Assembly: GCA_051599415.1 (NCBI GenBank)
Contig: AP039713.1
Span: 124,001-188,000, forward strand
DNA: 64,000 nt
Source: Savitreella phatthalungensis
Taxonomy: Eukaryota
Direction of reading: 5' to 3'
The translations under genes and the position numbers were made by a program. Below are positions 52,627 through 63,119 of this stretch, piece by piece. Numbering within the stretch: position 1 is the first letter of the stretch; every line of letters starts with the position of its first letter. Under the pieces are notes generated by a model. That model worked only from the letters and a program-made list of their open reading frames with translations, ran no database searches and had not been told where the DNA came from.

Positions 52627-53319
52627 GGCGCCCATCCGCTTACCCGTCCAACCCACCAATTTCAGCACATCCACGCACAACCACGCAACTTGATGCCAGA
52701 TTCACACACGCGCACGCCTGCTCGCTCGGATGCGCGCACTTGTCCGCTTTCACGCATTCATGTACGGGCTCTCTGTATACCATGTAGATATCACATTTTC
52801 CCCTCTCGCATACTCTCACACGCTCATTCTCCTATCCACTCTTATGAACACCTTCCTACTGATGTCCGCGCCACTGAGAATACCACTGCGGTGTATGCCA
52901 CTGTACCTCTGCCGCGATCATTATCATCTCACCCCGACCTGCCACCATGCCATAGTGGTTTGCCATCTTTCCATCGTGCAAATGACTAATTCTGTGTTTC
53001 AGGAGTATTACAAGTATGTGTCCATGTGGACGATACGAATCAGACAGTGCCAGCCAGCTCTTCAGTGACCTGGGCTAGGCTCCATCTCTCTCTTTCCCAT
53101 CACTCCCTTCCTTCTCTGACTCGTCCTATCGCGTGGATCAGCTCTACAAGTAATCTAGATCTTCACACGCAGCATAGCCATACATACCATCACCACAGAC
53201 CAGTTCAACAGAGTCATGAGCATGACTACGGACTGTGACGTAGCAATTTGACGACAAGCTTGGATAGTGGAAAAGAGACTCTCTCATCTGTGACGCTGAC
53301 GTTCCCAGCATCGAATCGA

Positions 53320-53360
53320 CTCATTGACGCGCTACTCAATCTCACTGACGCGCTACTCAA
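53320..53360. repeat. Tandem 20-bp direct repeat CTCAYTGACGCGCTACTCAA x2
   Basis: Copies at 53320-53339 and 53341-53360 with one mismatch, 9 bp before ATG 53370. Confidence 0.85.
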
Positions 53361-53369
53361 ACGGTGGGC

Positions 53370-56300
53370 ATGTCTTATGTTCAAGGTGGGCAAGACTCCA
53401 GGGTGATCGAGAGCGTGATGGCGGAAAGAGACGCAGGTGATATGGCTTCACCTGGCTCAACACCTGATATGGGAGTAGAATCAGCAGACGCGTCACTACA
53501 AGCAGAAGCTCCATCTGCAAAGTCATTGCCTCCATCCTCATCCTATGACCTCGCTCAGTCAGTCAAGGAAGTTGACGACCAGGATGATGATGGATTGATT
53601 CAGCATCTCCAGTCCAACAGTGTATCCTACGATGCTAGCAATGACACTGACTGGCACTCTGGCTTGGCATCGTCAACCTTCCGTGCATCTTCACAATCGA
53701 ATTCGAAATCAAAAGCAAAATCCAAATTGAGCAGCTGGAATTCCGGATTGGAAGACGGCACAGTCGCAAGCTTCAACCAGAACTCTAAACAGGCAGAGAT
53801 CACTCTAGCGCAACAACAGCCCCCAATTGACCGTCAGCAGCAGCCATATACATCAGACTCGCACACGTATACTATCATCGACAAGCCTACATTTGACGCG
53901 TCCATCAGCGGCCCAAGCCCTTCCGTAGCCATGCCACCGCGTAAAAAGGTCGGTTCATCACCGGCCTCGCCCGCACAACTAAATGGCAAGTCACAAACCT
54001 CTTCAAACTCCCTCTCGAGGACTTCAAAGGCAGCTTCTTCTGCATCAAAAAAGGCAGACTCAGATTGGCCACTTCTTGGCGCAATCATGGTGCTCGCAGC
54101 CGCAGTTCGTCTCTACGGCCTAGACTACCCATCCTCCGTCGTGTTCGATGAAGTTCACTTTGGTGGATTCGCCGGCAAGTACATCCACGGCATGTTCTTT
54201 ATGGACGTCCATCCGCCACTCGCCAAGATGCTTTTTGCACTTTTCGGCTGGCTAGCAGGGTACGATGGTGAATTCAAGTTCAAGGACATCGGAGACGACT
54301 ACATCGAGCCTGGAGTGCCGTACGTCGCCATGCGGCTCTACCCTGCCATTCTTGGCCTTCTGACCGTGGCGACAGCGTTCATGACCCTTCGCGCAGCAAA
54401 CTGCTCCAGACTTTCCGCAACACTTGCAGCTCTGTTTGTCTGCTTCGAGAACGGTCTTCTCACGAATGCGAGGCTCATTCTTCTCGACTCCGCACTTATC
54501 TTCTTCACCGCAGGAACAGCCCTCTTCTTTCAGAAGTTCACCCGGCTAGATGAGGACCACACCCAGCACCTCACAAAGTCCTGGTGGCAGAATCTTTTCT
54601 TGACAGGACTGTTCCTCGGAGCCACAGCGTCGACCAAGTGGGTCGGCCTTTTCACCATCGCCTGGGTCGGCATGATCACCATCTTCCAGCTCTTCACCCA
54701 CCTCGGCAACCTCAAGATCACCCTTCCTCACCTCGGCCAGGTCTTCGTCGCCCGCGCCTTCTGCCTCATCCTAGTCCCGGTCGCGTTCTATATGAACATG
54801 TTCGCCATCCACTTCATTTGCCTGGTCAACCCGGGCGGCGGCGAAGGTTTCATGTCGTCCGAGTTCCAGACGACTCTGAACGGAAAGCAGCCGGAGCATA
54901 CACTTGCACAGGTCTCCTACGGCTCGACCATTACCCTGAAGCACCACAATACCCAGGGTGGCTACCTTCACTCCCACAGTGCCGCCTACCCGGGTGGGTC
55001 GAAACAGCAGCAGGTCACCTGCTACCCGCACCGCGACGCCAACAACGACTGGATGGCCTACAATGAGACGAATGCTTACGACCCCGTAACGGCGATCCCC
55101 GTCGGGATCCGCAACAACGCCGTCATCAAGCTCTGGCATCCGACCACTCAGAAGCGTCTCCACTCCCACGACGTCAGGCCGATCGTGACCGAGGTCGACT
55201 TCCAAAACGAAGTCTCCTGCTACGGCTTTGACAACTTTGATGGAGACGCAAATGACCTCTTCCGTATCGAGATCCAGCCGGAATACACGCCCAAGGGCCC
55301 CGCAAGAGATTTCCTCACAGCCATCGACTCCAAGTTCAGGCTGATCCACGTCATGACCGGTTGCGCCCTCTTCTCACACAAGGTCAAGTTGCCGTCCTGG
55401 GGTTTCGAGCAGCAGGAGGTGACTTGCAACAAGCAGGGCACTATCCCGAACAGTATCTGGTTCGTCGAGACAAACACTCACCCAATGGCACCTGCCGATG
55501 CCCCGACTATCGCCTACCGTGTCCCAGGCTTCTTCGCCAAGTTCTGGGAGCTGCAGAAGGTGATGTGGGAGACGAACGCTGGCCTGGTCGAGTCACATAA
55601 TTGGGACTCTCGGCCAGACTCCTGGCCACATCTCCGCCGTGGCATCAACTTCTGGGGCAAGGACAACCGGCACGTCTATCTGCTCGGCAACGCGTTCATC
55701 TGGGGTCTGTCCACGGTGGCTGTGATGGCGTACCTGGGACTGAAGGCAATCGGCGTGCTCAGGTGGCAGCGCAATTACCAGGACTACCGCACGGTCGAGC
55801 ACCTGTGGACGTACGATCTCCGGACAGCGACCTTCTTCCTCGGCTGGGCACTCCACTATCTACCGTTCTTCCTCATGGCCAGGCAGCTCTTCCTCCACCA
55901 CTACTTCCCGGCACTCTACTTTGCCATCCTCGCCTTCGGCCAGCTCTTCGACTTCTTCTCGAAGCGTTTGCCGAAAGTCATTCGACAGGCTCTCGTCCTC
56001 GGTCTGCTTGCTGTCGCCATCGCCAACTGGTACTACTACGCCCCGATCTCGTACGGGCTCAGGTGGACACGGGATGCGTGCGAGAAGAGCAAGTGGCGTT
56101 CGACCTGGGACTTTGACTGTGGGCAATTCCCGACAACGCTCGAGGAATACCCTGCCCTGGACGCGGCCCGCGTGAGCGCGAGGCTGAACTCGACGGCCGC
56201 GAGCGCCAAGCCAGTCGAGCAGCTCGGTGAGCCAGAGGTCCTGGCAGACGACACACAGGCTGCTCCACAGGAAGTCCAGGAGAAGCTGCATCAGGAGGCA

Positions 56301-56657
56301 GGCGAGGCAGGTGCATACAACACGGAGGAGACGGCAGAAAGATCGCCGAGCGCAGCTATTCCTGCTGGTTTCGACCCTGCGGCGCTCGGTGCCAAGGGCG
56401 TATCCATCCTGTCCCAGCACACGATCTACCAGGACGAGAACGGACAGCCGCTTGACCCAGAAAAGGTGAAGCAGATGACGAACGTAAAGTACGTCACGCG
56501 TTACGATACCTATCTGGCAGGCGAGCGTCTGCCCGACGGCAAGATCGCAGGCACCATTGCGCACGCACCACAGCCCAACAGCGAGCTCGGCGACGCTGAG
56601 GACCTGCCTGGTGGTGCAGACTCCGGTCGCAAAGTGCCTGCACGGAACGAGCTCTAG
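53370..56657 (+). CDS. Dolichyl-phosphate-mannose:protein O-mannosyltransferase (PMT1/PMT2 type); a conventional start may be ATG 53931
   Basis: 'SVVFDEVHFGGFA', 'DVHPPLAK', 'LILLDS', 'KWVGLFT', MIR domains ('YLHSH', 'QQQVTCY', 'RLHSHD'), 'RQLFLHHYFPALYF'. Confidence 0.95.
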   Translation: MSYVQGGQDSRVIESVMAERDAGDMASPGSTPDMGVESADASLQAEAPSAKSLPPSSSYDLAQSVKEVDDQDDDGLIQHLQSNSVSYDASNDTDWHSGLASSTFRASSQSNSKSKAKSKLSSWNSGLEDGTVASFNQNSKQAEITLAQQQPPIDRQQQPYTSDSHTYTIIDKPTFDASISGPSPSVAMPPRKKVGSSPASPAQLNGKSQTSSNSLSRTSKAASSASKKADSDWPLLGAIMVLAAAVRLYGLDYPSSVVFDEVHFGGFAGKYIHGMFFMDVHPPLAKMLFALFGWLAGYDGEFKFKDIGDDYIEPGVPYVAMRLYPAILGLLTVATAFMTLRAANCSRLSATLAALFVCFENGLLTNARLILLDSALIFFTAGTALFFQKFTRLDEDHTQHLTKSWWQNLFLTGLFLGATASTKWVGLFTIAWVGMITIFQLFTHLGNLKITLPHLGQVFVARAFCLILVPVAFYMNMFAIHFICLVNPGGGEGFMSSEFQTTLNGKQPEHTLAQVSYGSTITLKHHNTQGGYLHSHSAAYPGGSKQQQVTCYPHRDANNDWMAYNETNAYDPVTAIPVGIRNNAVIKLWHPTTQKRLHSHDVRPIVTEVDFQNEVSCYGFDNFDGDANDLFRIEIQPEYTPKGPARDFLTAIDSKFRLIHVMTGCALFSHKVKLPSWGFEQQEVTCNKQGTIPNSIWFVETNTHPMAPADAPTIAYRVPGFFAKFWELQKVMWETNAGLVESHNWDSRPDSWPHLRRGINFWGKDNRHVYLLGNAFIWGLSTVAVMAYLGLKAIGVLRWQRNYQDYRTVEHLWTYDLRTATFFLGWALHYLPFFLMARQLFLHHYFPALYFAILAFGQLFDFFSKRLPKVIRQALVLGLLAVAIANWYYYAPISYGLRWTRDACEKSKWRSTWDFDCGQFPTTLEEYPALDAARVSARLNSTAASAKPVEQLGEPEVLADDTQAAPQEVQEKLHQEAGEAGAYNTEETAERSPSAAIPAGFDPAALGAKGVSILSQHTIYQDENGQPLDPEKVKQMTNVKYVTRYDTYLAGERLPDGKIAGTIAHAPQPNSELGDAEDLPGGADSGRKVPARNEL

Positions 56658-56745
56658 CCCTTTAGTCTTCTCCTTCATAGAATTGATCTCGTGACCAACT
56701 CTCTCCTTCTCCTGTGGATCGCAGACTTACATCTCCTCAAACAGA

Positions 56746-57531
56746 ATGCCTTCGTTCATCATGCCAATCCCGAAGCTGACTGCGAAACGCTGTGAAGCTC
56801 TAGGGATCGTATATACGCATATCGAGGGCCGTACGGGGCAGGTGATCGGTGGTGGAAGCGACATTCAGCCGCGAGCAGCGCACCTTGACGCTCCGGTTGA
56901 GTCTGTCGCAACAGGATCGCAGCCGGCAGCGTATCCTCATCCGAATCACTCCTCAGATCTAGTTGATGTGATGATGTATGACGCTTGGCGTTACTACTGT
57001 CGTCTTGCCTCCTCTGGCGGGACCCACGACCCTGCGCTCATCCAAGGCGTCCCCCTCGCTCTCGATGCTGACTACGCAAACCAAGGCACCAGGTCTGTTC
57101 CGACCATCACCCACCTACAGCTTGTGCACATGTGGCAGTTCTGGTACTCGCTCGTGGGAACTCCAACGATCGATCCACACCTGCTACAGGTCGTGCGCGT
57201 GGGTCTCGCAGTCCCCGTCCTCGCCTCACGCGTCCTCACTCTCGAAGCTGCAATTGTTCCTGCAGGATCCAGCGAGATGGATACCACGACTACGGACAAT
57301 TACACTACACAGGACTGTTCCCCAAACATGCTGACCACACCAGAGTGGATGGAAGCCATGACTGAAGTCTATCAAAACCGCCAACCACAAGAAGCTCAAA
57401 ACCTCTCGGCCGAAGACCACATACCCCGTGCATTCAGCTTCGACTATCAAACCGAGCGCGAGTCACAGGACGCATCTGCAGATTCTGACATCCCGGCAGC
57501 TGGAGTACTAGCGCAAGACAGGACGGAGTAA
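56746..57531 (+). CDS. Hypothetical protein
   Basis: 261-codon ATG-initiated ORF filling the gap between PMT and the RING gene. No family recognised. Confidence 0.55.
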   Translation: MPSFIMPIPKLTAKRCEALGIVYTHIEGRTGQVIGGGSDIQPRAAHLDAPVESVATGSQPAAYPHPNHSSDLVDVMMYDAWRYYCRLASSGGTHDPALIQGVPLALDADYANQGTRSVPTITHLQLVHMWQFWYSLVGTPTIDPHLLQVVRVGLAVPVLASRVLTLEAAIVPAGSSEMDTTTTDNYTTQDCSPNMLTTPEWMEAMTEVYQNRQPQEAQNLSAEDHIPRAFSFDYQTERESQDASADSDIPAAGVLAQDRTE

Positions 57532-57848
57532 GGTAGGCTTTGCGACTCCTCAAGGCAGAGGCTTGCGAGTGTCACCCACAGAGATAGATGCCTGCCTGAA
57601 GAGAACAACGTCAGAGCTCACACGACTAAACTAAATTCAATTTTCTCCACAAATCAATCGAGTGATGCAATTTCTGATTCGATTGCAATTCAGTCAATCA
57701 AATCCTCTGTATGCGTGAGCAAGTCAGCAGAGACTAGATAAACAGGTCATCACATACACACTACACGCGCGTCCATCCCTCAACCACAGTCCACTTAGCA
57801 CAGCGCAGTCCAGCGCGATACAGATCCAGGTGACTTTCATCTTGGGAG

Positions 57849-58964
57849 ATGCTACCGCCCACACGATCGCTCTGTCTTGCGCTCGTGATTGCGTGCCTAG
57901 TATTTCTGTCGTGGGGGACGTCGGGTGTGGATGACGGGGAAGGTCCTGGCTCTGGTGAAGGAAGCAATGATCGGCATGGAAACCCTCTGGAAGGTTCACC
58001 ATTGTGGACGAGCTCCGGCGCGACCCATGTGATTCGCCAGGTCAGCACAAACGAGACGCTACGAGCGCGCGCAGCAGCATTCGGACGCACAGTCGACGCT
58101 GACCTCCCCACGTCCCTCTACGTCACACAGGACGGCGTGACTGGCTGCGCAGACGAAGACTTCAAACCCTGGCTCACACACTCCTACGCAAAGCATTCCA
58201 GCTGGATCGTGCTTCGCAGGGGCGACTGCGCCTTCGTTGACAAGGTCAGAAGAGCACAGCGGCTAGCGTCCAATGTCACGTGGACAGCAGGCGTCGTCAT
58301 CGGTGATGATGGTTCAGCGTATGATCAGCTCGTGACAATGTTTGCGCGGGATGCAGGGGATGTACAGATGCCGTCTTTGTTTGTAGCGGGAACGTCGTAC
58401 TCGCGGCTCCAGGCGCTGCGTAATGAGGTCTCGGACGGGTGGTTGGAGGTGGTGGTGGAGCCGCAAGAGCTGGCGACCGATTGGCCACTGCTCGACACAC
58501 TCGTTTTTATCTGTCTGTCGCCGCTGTGCACGCTCCTGGCGGTCTACCTCATTCTGCACCTGCGTCGGAGGAAAATGCACCTCGCGAACATCCTCCCGCC
58601 GGCATACATCACAAGGCTCGACAGGCACGCGTACCTGCCCAAGGACGGCGTCAACACAGAGTGCGTCATCTGCCTGGACACCTTCATCGACGACGAGGAA
58701 GTGCTACAATTACCCTGCCATCATGTCTACCACCCAGACTGCATCACCAAGTGGCTCGTCGAGCGCAAGCGCGTCTGTCCGATCTGCAAGTCAGACGTCG
58801 TCGCAGCCTTCGAAGCACCCACAGAACGCACTCCGCTCCTCCCAAGACCCACGCCGCCCATCAATCGACCGACTGCGCCGCCCGCCGCACAAACGACGAT
58901 CTCGCATACCGCTCAAGCGACAATGCCGCCTATCGCTCAAACGACAACGCCTTCAGCACACTAG
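57849..58964 (+). CDS. PA-domain/TM/RING-H2 E3 ubiquitin ligase (RNF13/RNF167-like)
   Basis: Signal anchor, PA motif 'LRRGDCAFVDKVRRAQ', TM helix, RING-H2 'CVICLD...LPCHHVYHPDCITKWL...CPICK'. Confidence 0.92.
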   Translation: MLPPTRSLCLALVIACLVFLSWGTSGVDDGEGPGSGEGSNDRHGNPLEGSPLWTSSGATHVIRQVSTNETLRARAAAFGRTVDADLPTSLYVTQDGVTGCADEDFKPWLTHSYAKHSSWIVLRRGDCAFVDKVRRAQRLASNVTWTAGVVIGDDGSAYDQLVTMFARDAGDVQMPSLFVAGTSYSRLQALRNEVSDGWLEVVVEPQELATDWPLLDTLVFICLSPLCTLLAVYLILHLRRRKMHLANILPPAYITRLDRHAYLPKDGVNTECVICLDTFIDDEEVLQLPCHHVYHPDCITKWLVERKRVCPICKSDVVAAFEAPTERTPLLPRPTPPINRPTAPPAAQTTISHTAQATMPPIAQTTTPSAH

Positions 58965-59063
58965 TCACGTCTGCTCCCACACACGGGGTTCAACTTATTC
59001 TTTCTTCATATGTCATGACACTCGTTACGCTACTTGATACATATCTCCTGCACCTTGACTCTC

Positions 59064-59837
59064 TTATGGCAGCTTCTTCGCGTTCTCCTTGATCCATTTG
59101 CGCACCTCAGCCGAATCAAGTCGGCCGGTAGCGAGAATGGCGTCTCTGACCCAGAGTGCGACGCGCGCGTCGGCTGTGGCATCTGTGCGGATCCAGAGTG
59201 TATTATTCGCGCCAGTGCAAATCTCTAGTCCACCGTGAGTGGGCGTCACCGCTCCAGAGATCGTGGGGAGAAGCTCATCATCAGCAGTGAGCAAGCGTCG
59301 ACAAATATCGCTCGGCACCTTCCTCACCAGTAACCCAGTCTCGTCCACGCCCACACCGCCGTTTGTGAGGTGGGTTGCGATATGCCCAGCCTGCGTACCT
59401 GCACCGACAAGCACACCGAACGCGTCCACGTCGCTCGACCCCTCTGCCGGCAGGCACGTTATCTCGAGATCGTTTGCAGGTCCCGTGGCTACGACGCGCG
59501 CGTACACGAGTGCGCCAGCGTGGAGGACCGGTCTGTTTTTCCTGTTGGCGCCGGGAAACCCCAGAGCGTCCAAGGTCGCCGACGATGCGCAACCCAGCTC
59601 ACACCGGTACCCTTCGCTACCCAACCTCCCGACAACCTGAGCAACCACAGAGTCACCCACCGCAGGCACGTACCGACCACCGGAAGTCCTAGACAGCCAT
59701 CCAGTCGAGCCAGACGTACATAGCTGGCCGGGCGTCGTTGCAAACGTCGTGCCATCTGGAAGCTGTCTCAAGCCAGGACCTAGACGTTTGAAAGGGGTTG
59801 TGGCATTGACCGTGTCTCCAGGGAGCATGACCTCCAT
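59064..59837 (-). CDS. RRP40: Exosome cap subunit Rrp40
   Basis: 'LPGD', 'LGPGL', 'RYVPAVGDSV', 'FPGANRKNRP.L..GALVYARV', 'EI..GAN..LWI'. Confidence 0.92.
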   Translation of the reverse strand: MEVMLPGDTVNATTPFKRLGPGLRQLPDGTTFATTPGQLCTSGSTGWLSRTSGGRYVPAVGDSVVAQVVGRLGSEGYRCELGCASSATLDALGFPGANRKNRPVLHAGALVYARVVATGPANDLEITCLPAEGSSDVDAFGVLVGAGTQAGHIATHLTNGGVGVDETGLLVRKVPSDICRRLLTADDELLPTISGAVTPTHGGLEICTGANNTLWIRTDATADARVALWVRDAILATGRLDSAEVRKWIKENAKKLP

Positions 59838-59946
59838 GACTACGACGGAAGGCTGTAGTATGTATGAGCTTTTTTACTTTTTTCAATGTCTGGGTTTGGT
59901 TGATGTGGTCTAATAGGTCATTCGGATCATGATGCATTAAAACTTG

Positions 59947-62338
59947 GGGGACTGATACACGCACAAACGATTCGGATACACGCACAAAAGATTTACAATT
60001 TTATGCTGTTTTTAAGTGTAAAATTAGAAAAGTTAGTAAATTACCATATTGAGAAGGATAAAAGATTTGAGAGCAATCAGCTACACAGCCATAGCCGTAT
60101 CTGCGGCTCAATCCCAATCTCAGAAGGCACAGAAAGCGGATTGTCCCGGAATATGCGGACCGTCCCGCAATTTGCGGAGTTGATCCCAGACCATATTGAT
60201 ACCATTTTGCCACATCTTGGACTCACTCAGAAGAAGCAGTGCCACGCCATGTGGAAGGGGTCCAGGGCTGCAGGTCATCAGATGGATGACGCTCAAACCC
60301 AGAGAGAGTTCGAGGGATGCTATGCTGTGCTGATCGAGCACGTGTTGACCGCCACTGACGTACAGAAGGTACCTCCATGGAGGAAGACATCCTTTGTAGG
60401 AGAGCCTCGGTGTCTCTTCTGGCCAGGCCTCGCCGAGCTTGCGGCAGGGCATTGTACGCAATGATTAGCTGCGCACAAAGACTTGCATATGTCGGCATTG
60501 CTGGCCAGGACAACTCAACGCTTGTTTGCGGTTCAAGATGCCATTGCCTGTGCACAGCACCAGGGGGGATTGGCGTTCTGCTTCTGAGAGCGTCACGTAG
60601 CGCATGTACGCATGGCAGTCCCATACTGATGTTGTTTCTGCATGACTCTGGGCAGTCAGTGAAAGAGCCATTTTCTACCATTTGCTGGGCTGCTTTGATT
60701 CGTGGCAAGAGCTGCCGCAGGGCAAAGATTGAGATCCTCCTTAGAAGGTGCTGGAAGAAGAATGCATCAAGGAACTGTGCTTGTCTTGTTGCGCTTACTG
60801 CCAAGGCAGCATTGATCTCCGCTGTTTGCTGCCGAAGAGCTTGGTCACAGCGTATGAAAGCAGCAACATAAGAACCATTGCAGACTCGGATGAAGTTCTT
60901 CAAATAGGAATGAGCGCTTTCGACTCGTGATGACGTTGCATTGCCAAGATGAGGGTAAGCCTTTGTGTAGGCCTGCATGTATTGCGGACCATAGCGCTCT
61001 CGTCGCTCTCGCACATAGTCTAGCAACTGCGGGTAGTCTGCAAAGTCAGAGTACAGCTTGTCAAGCAAGCAATCAGCTTCGTCGAGCATCTCAGCGCGAG
61101 CATGGCGAGTCCAAGCAGCAATGAACTCGTGTGCTAGATCTGCTGTCAGCTGTGCGTTCTTCACCTTTGTCAGGACATTCTTCTCAAGATGCCAAAGACA
61201 AAGCAGATGCGCTGTGTCTGGGAGAACAACTTGAAGAGCTCGTGCTACTGCTCGATCATTGTCAGAAACAACAACCTTAGGCCGGTGCTGGGCGCATTCA
61301 ATCCAGCGCTCCAGGATCCATCTGTACATCTCTTCTCGCTCGTCACGCACCCAGCATATTGCCATGGTGAATGTCTGATTTGTAGCCAACATGCCCACAA
61401 TGTGCACAAGCGGATCTGCTGTGTTCACCGTCTTGTAGGTAGCATCAATCACGGCAACTGTGTGCCACTTTCGAAACATCTCAATGCCAGGCATGTACGC
61501 TAGGAATACTGCGCCAATTGTGTTGTTGGTGCCTTGCTTTATCTCTGTTTGCCACCCAGCTTCTTCAGCAAGCTCGCAAAGCGCTTCAAACATGCTTCGG
61601 CCGCCCAATCGACTGGCAAGACGCCGTGCAGTACAGTTGTAGATGTCTCTCCGAGTCACAAGGATATCTGGGAAGTTGCTGCGTAATGATTCTAAGGTGC
61701 TTGTTGCTCGCACGCCAGCGTCATGCAGAGCATTGATGCTCTCAATCTGAAGATCGCTGAAGCGCCGGTGCTCTGGGAAGGCAACAGCATTGCTTGCAAG
61801 AGGCTGATGTCCTTGATGTTGCAAGTGCGATGTTGTGATATTCCATTGCCTGTTTGGCTGCTTTGCGCAAGTCACAAAGAACGGACATCCAAGAGCATTT
61901 GAGGCAGCATGCTTTCTAACCCGCTGTGCGCCTTCTCTGTACACTCTGAGCCTAGGTGTGCCATGGGCCTTGCACTCATAGCGCTTGAACATTTGGCCGC
62001 TTGAGCGTGTCACAAGTGAGAAGCCAGCTGACCGCGTGTAGACATCAAGCGCTGTCTTCAGCGCATCCAGCGAGTCAAACGAAGCACCTAGAAGCTCCTC
62101 CATGGTGTCTGAGAGCACACAGTGAAAATGCACGTTCATGTCCTATTCTGCACATGGGCTGTCACAATCAGCACAGTGGCGGCATGGCAAGGGTATCTGA
62201 CCAATCAGCACTTCCTGTTTTAGGACTGGCTGCGACAGAGTTACTGTATTTGGTCAATCTAGCAATTGTGTGACAGTTCTTTAATTCAGTAAAACTTTTG
62301 TGCGTGTATCCGGATCGTTTGTGCGTGTATCAGTCCCC
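59947..62338 (-). mobile_element. Mutator-like (MULE) DNA transposon, apparently full length
   Basis: 50-bp TIRs at 59947-59996 and 62289-62338 (GGGGACTGATACACGCACAAACGAT..., 2 mismatches). Perfect 9-bp target duplication TAAAACTTG at 59938-59946 and 62339-62347. Confidence 0.97.
60223..62139 (-). CDS. MULE transposase (FAR1-type N-domain, DDE core, SWIM-like finger)
   Basis: 638 aa, uninterrupted. 'IDATYKT', 'VSDND', 'CLWH', 'SRVESAH', 'C..C....GLPCVH'. Confidence 0.93.
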   Translation of the reverse strand: MNVHFHCVLSDTMEELLGASFDSLDALKTALDVYTRSAGFSLVTRSSGQMFKRYECKAHGTPRLRVYREGAQRVRKHAASNALGCPFFVTCAKQPNRQWNITTSHLQHQGHQPLASNAVAFPEHRRFSDLQIESINALHDAGVRATSTLESLRSNFPDILVTRRDIYNCTARRLASRLGGRSMFEALCELAEEAGWQTEIKQGTNNTIGAVFLAYMPGIEMFRKWHTVAVIDATYKTVNTADPLVHIVGMLATNQTFTMAICWVRDEREEMYRWILERWIECAQHRPKVVVSDNDRAVARALQVVLPDTAHLLCLWHLEKNVLTKVKNAQLTADLAHEFIAAWTRHARAEMLDEADCLLDKLYSDFADYPQLLDYVRERRERYGPQYMQAYTKAYPHLGNATSSRVESAHSYLKNFIRVCNGSYVAAFIRCDQALRQQTAEINAALAVSATRQAQFLDAFFFQHLLRRISIFALRQLLPRIKAAQQMVENGSFTDCPESCRNNISMGLPCVHALRDALRSRTPIPPGAVHRQWHLEPQTSVELSWPAMPTYASLCAQLIIAYNALPQARRGLARRDTEALLQRMSSSMEVPSVRQWRSTRARSAQHSIPRTLSGFERHPSDDLQPWTPSTWRGTASSE

Positions 62339-62507
62339 TAAAACTTGTTTTCTGTCAAGGGTATCTATCCCATGTTCGGCTGCGCTGCATGGCGCCCCAC
62401 ACCGCATCCTCAATCTCAACCCTGTCTACGTATTTGCGTACTCCCAGCAACGATTCCATCGTGTTTGCTTTGACTGGACTGGACTGAGCTTGGAGCAAAG
62501 CTGGAGT

Positions 62508-63119
62508 CTATGCAACGAGCTGAATACCGCGAGTCACATCGACGACACGCACGCCGTCCTTGTCGACGCACTTTGTGACAAAGCCACCGAGAGACAAGGG
62601 CATCCGCCGCTCCAGTTCCTCGTACCCTTTCTTGAGCAATGCAAGGGCCTCCTCCATCGGCGTCTCTGGCGTCATGTGCCTGTCAAACATGGAGAGCAAG
62701 TAGTAGGAGGCGTATCCTTGAGCGGCGTATGGCACCTCCGCCTTCGTGCCGAGGTAGTCGATCCAGTAGAGCTTGGCGGTATCGTCTGTGATGTCGTACC
62801 CGCCAATCAGCAGGTTCACCTGGTACGGGTGTCTGGACCGGAGGCTGTCTGCCAGCTCCCGTCTGACAAAGGAGGAGACTGCCTCTGTATGGAGTTCGAG
62901 TTCCTCGTTCCTGCGAGAGTAGAGGGCGACGTTGGCGGTGACGTATTCTGCAAATTGGACCGTGTCTCCTGGTTCGCCCGAGTAGAGCATCAGGTTGTGT
63001 TTGTTGAGGACGCGCGACTTGTCGTCGTCTGGCTTCATGATTGTGATGCCGCGAACCTGGTTGAGGTTGCTAGCGAGCAGGACATACCCTGGTCCTCTGA
63101 CGCCGATCAACACCTCCAT
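62508..63119 (-). CDS. PRE1: 20S proteasome subunit beta-4
   Basis: 'GEPGDTVQFAEYV.AN..LY', 'SLRSR.PYQVNLLIGGYD', 'LYWIDYLG', 'VDKDGVR'. Confidence 0.96.
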   Translation of the reverse strand: MEVLIGVRGPGYVLLASNLNQVRGITIMKPDDDKSRVLNKHNLMLYSGEPGDTVQFAEYVTANVALYSRRNEELELHTEAVSSFVRRELADSLRSRHPYQVNLLIGGYDITDDTAKLYWIDYLGTKAEVPYAAQGYASYYLLSMFDRHMTPETPMEEALALLKKGYEELERRMPLSLGGFVTKCVDKDGVRVVDVTRGIQLVA

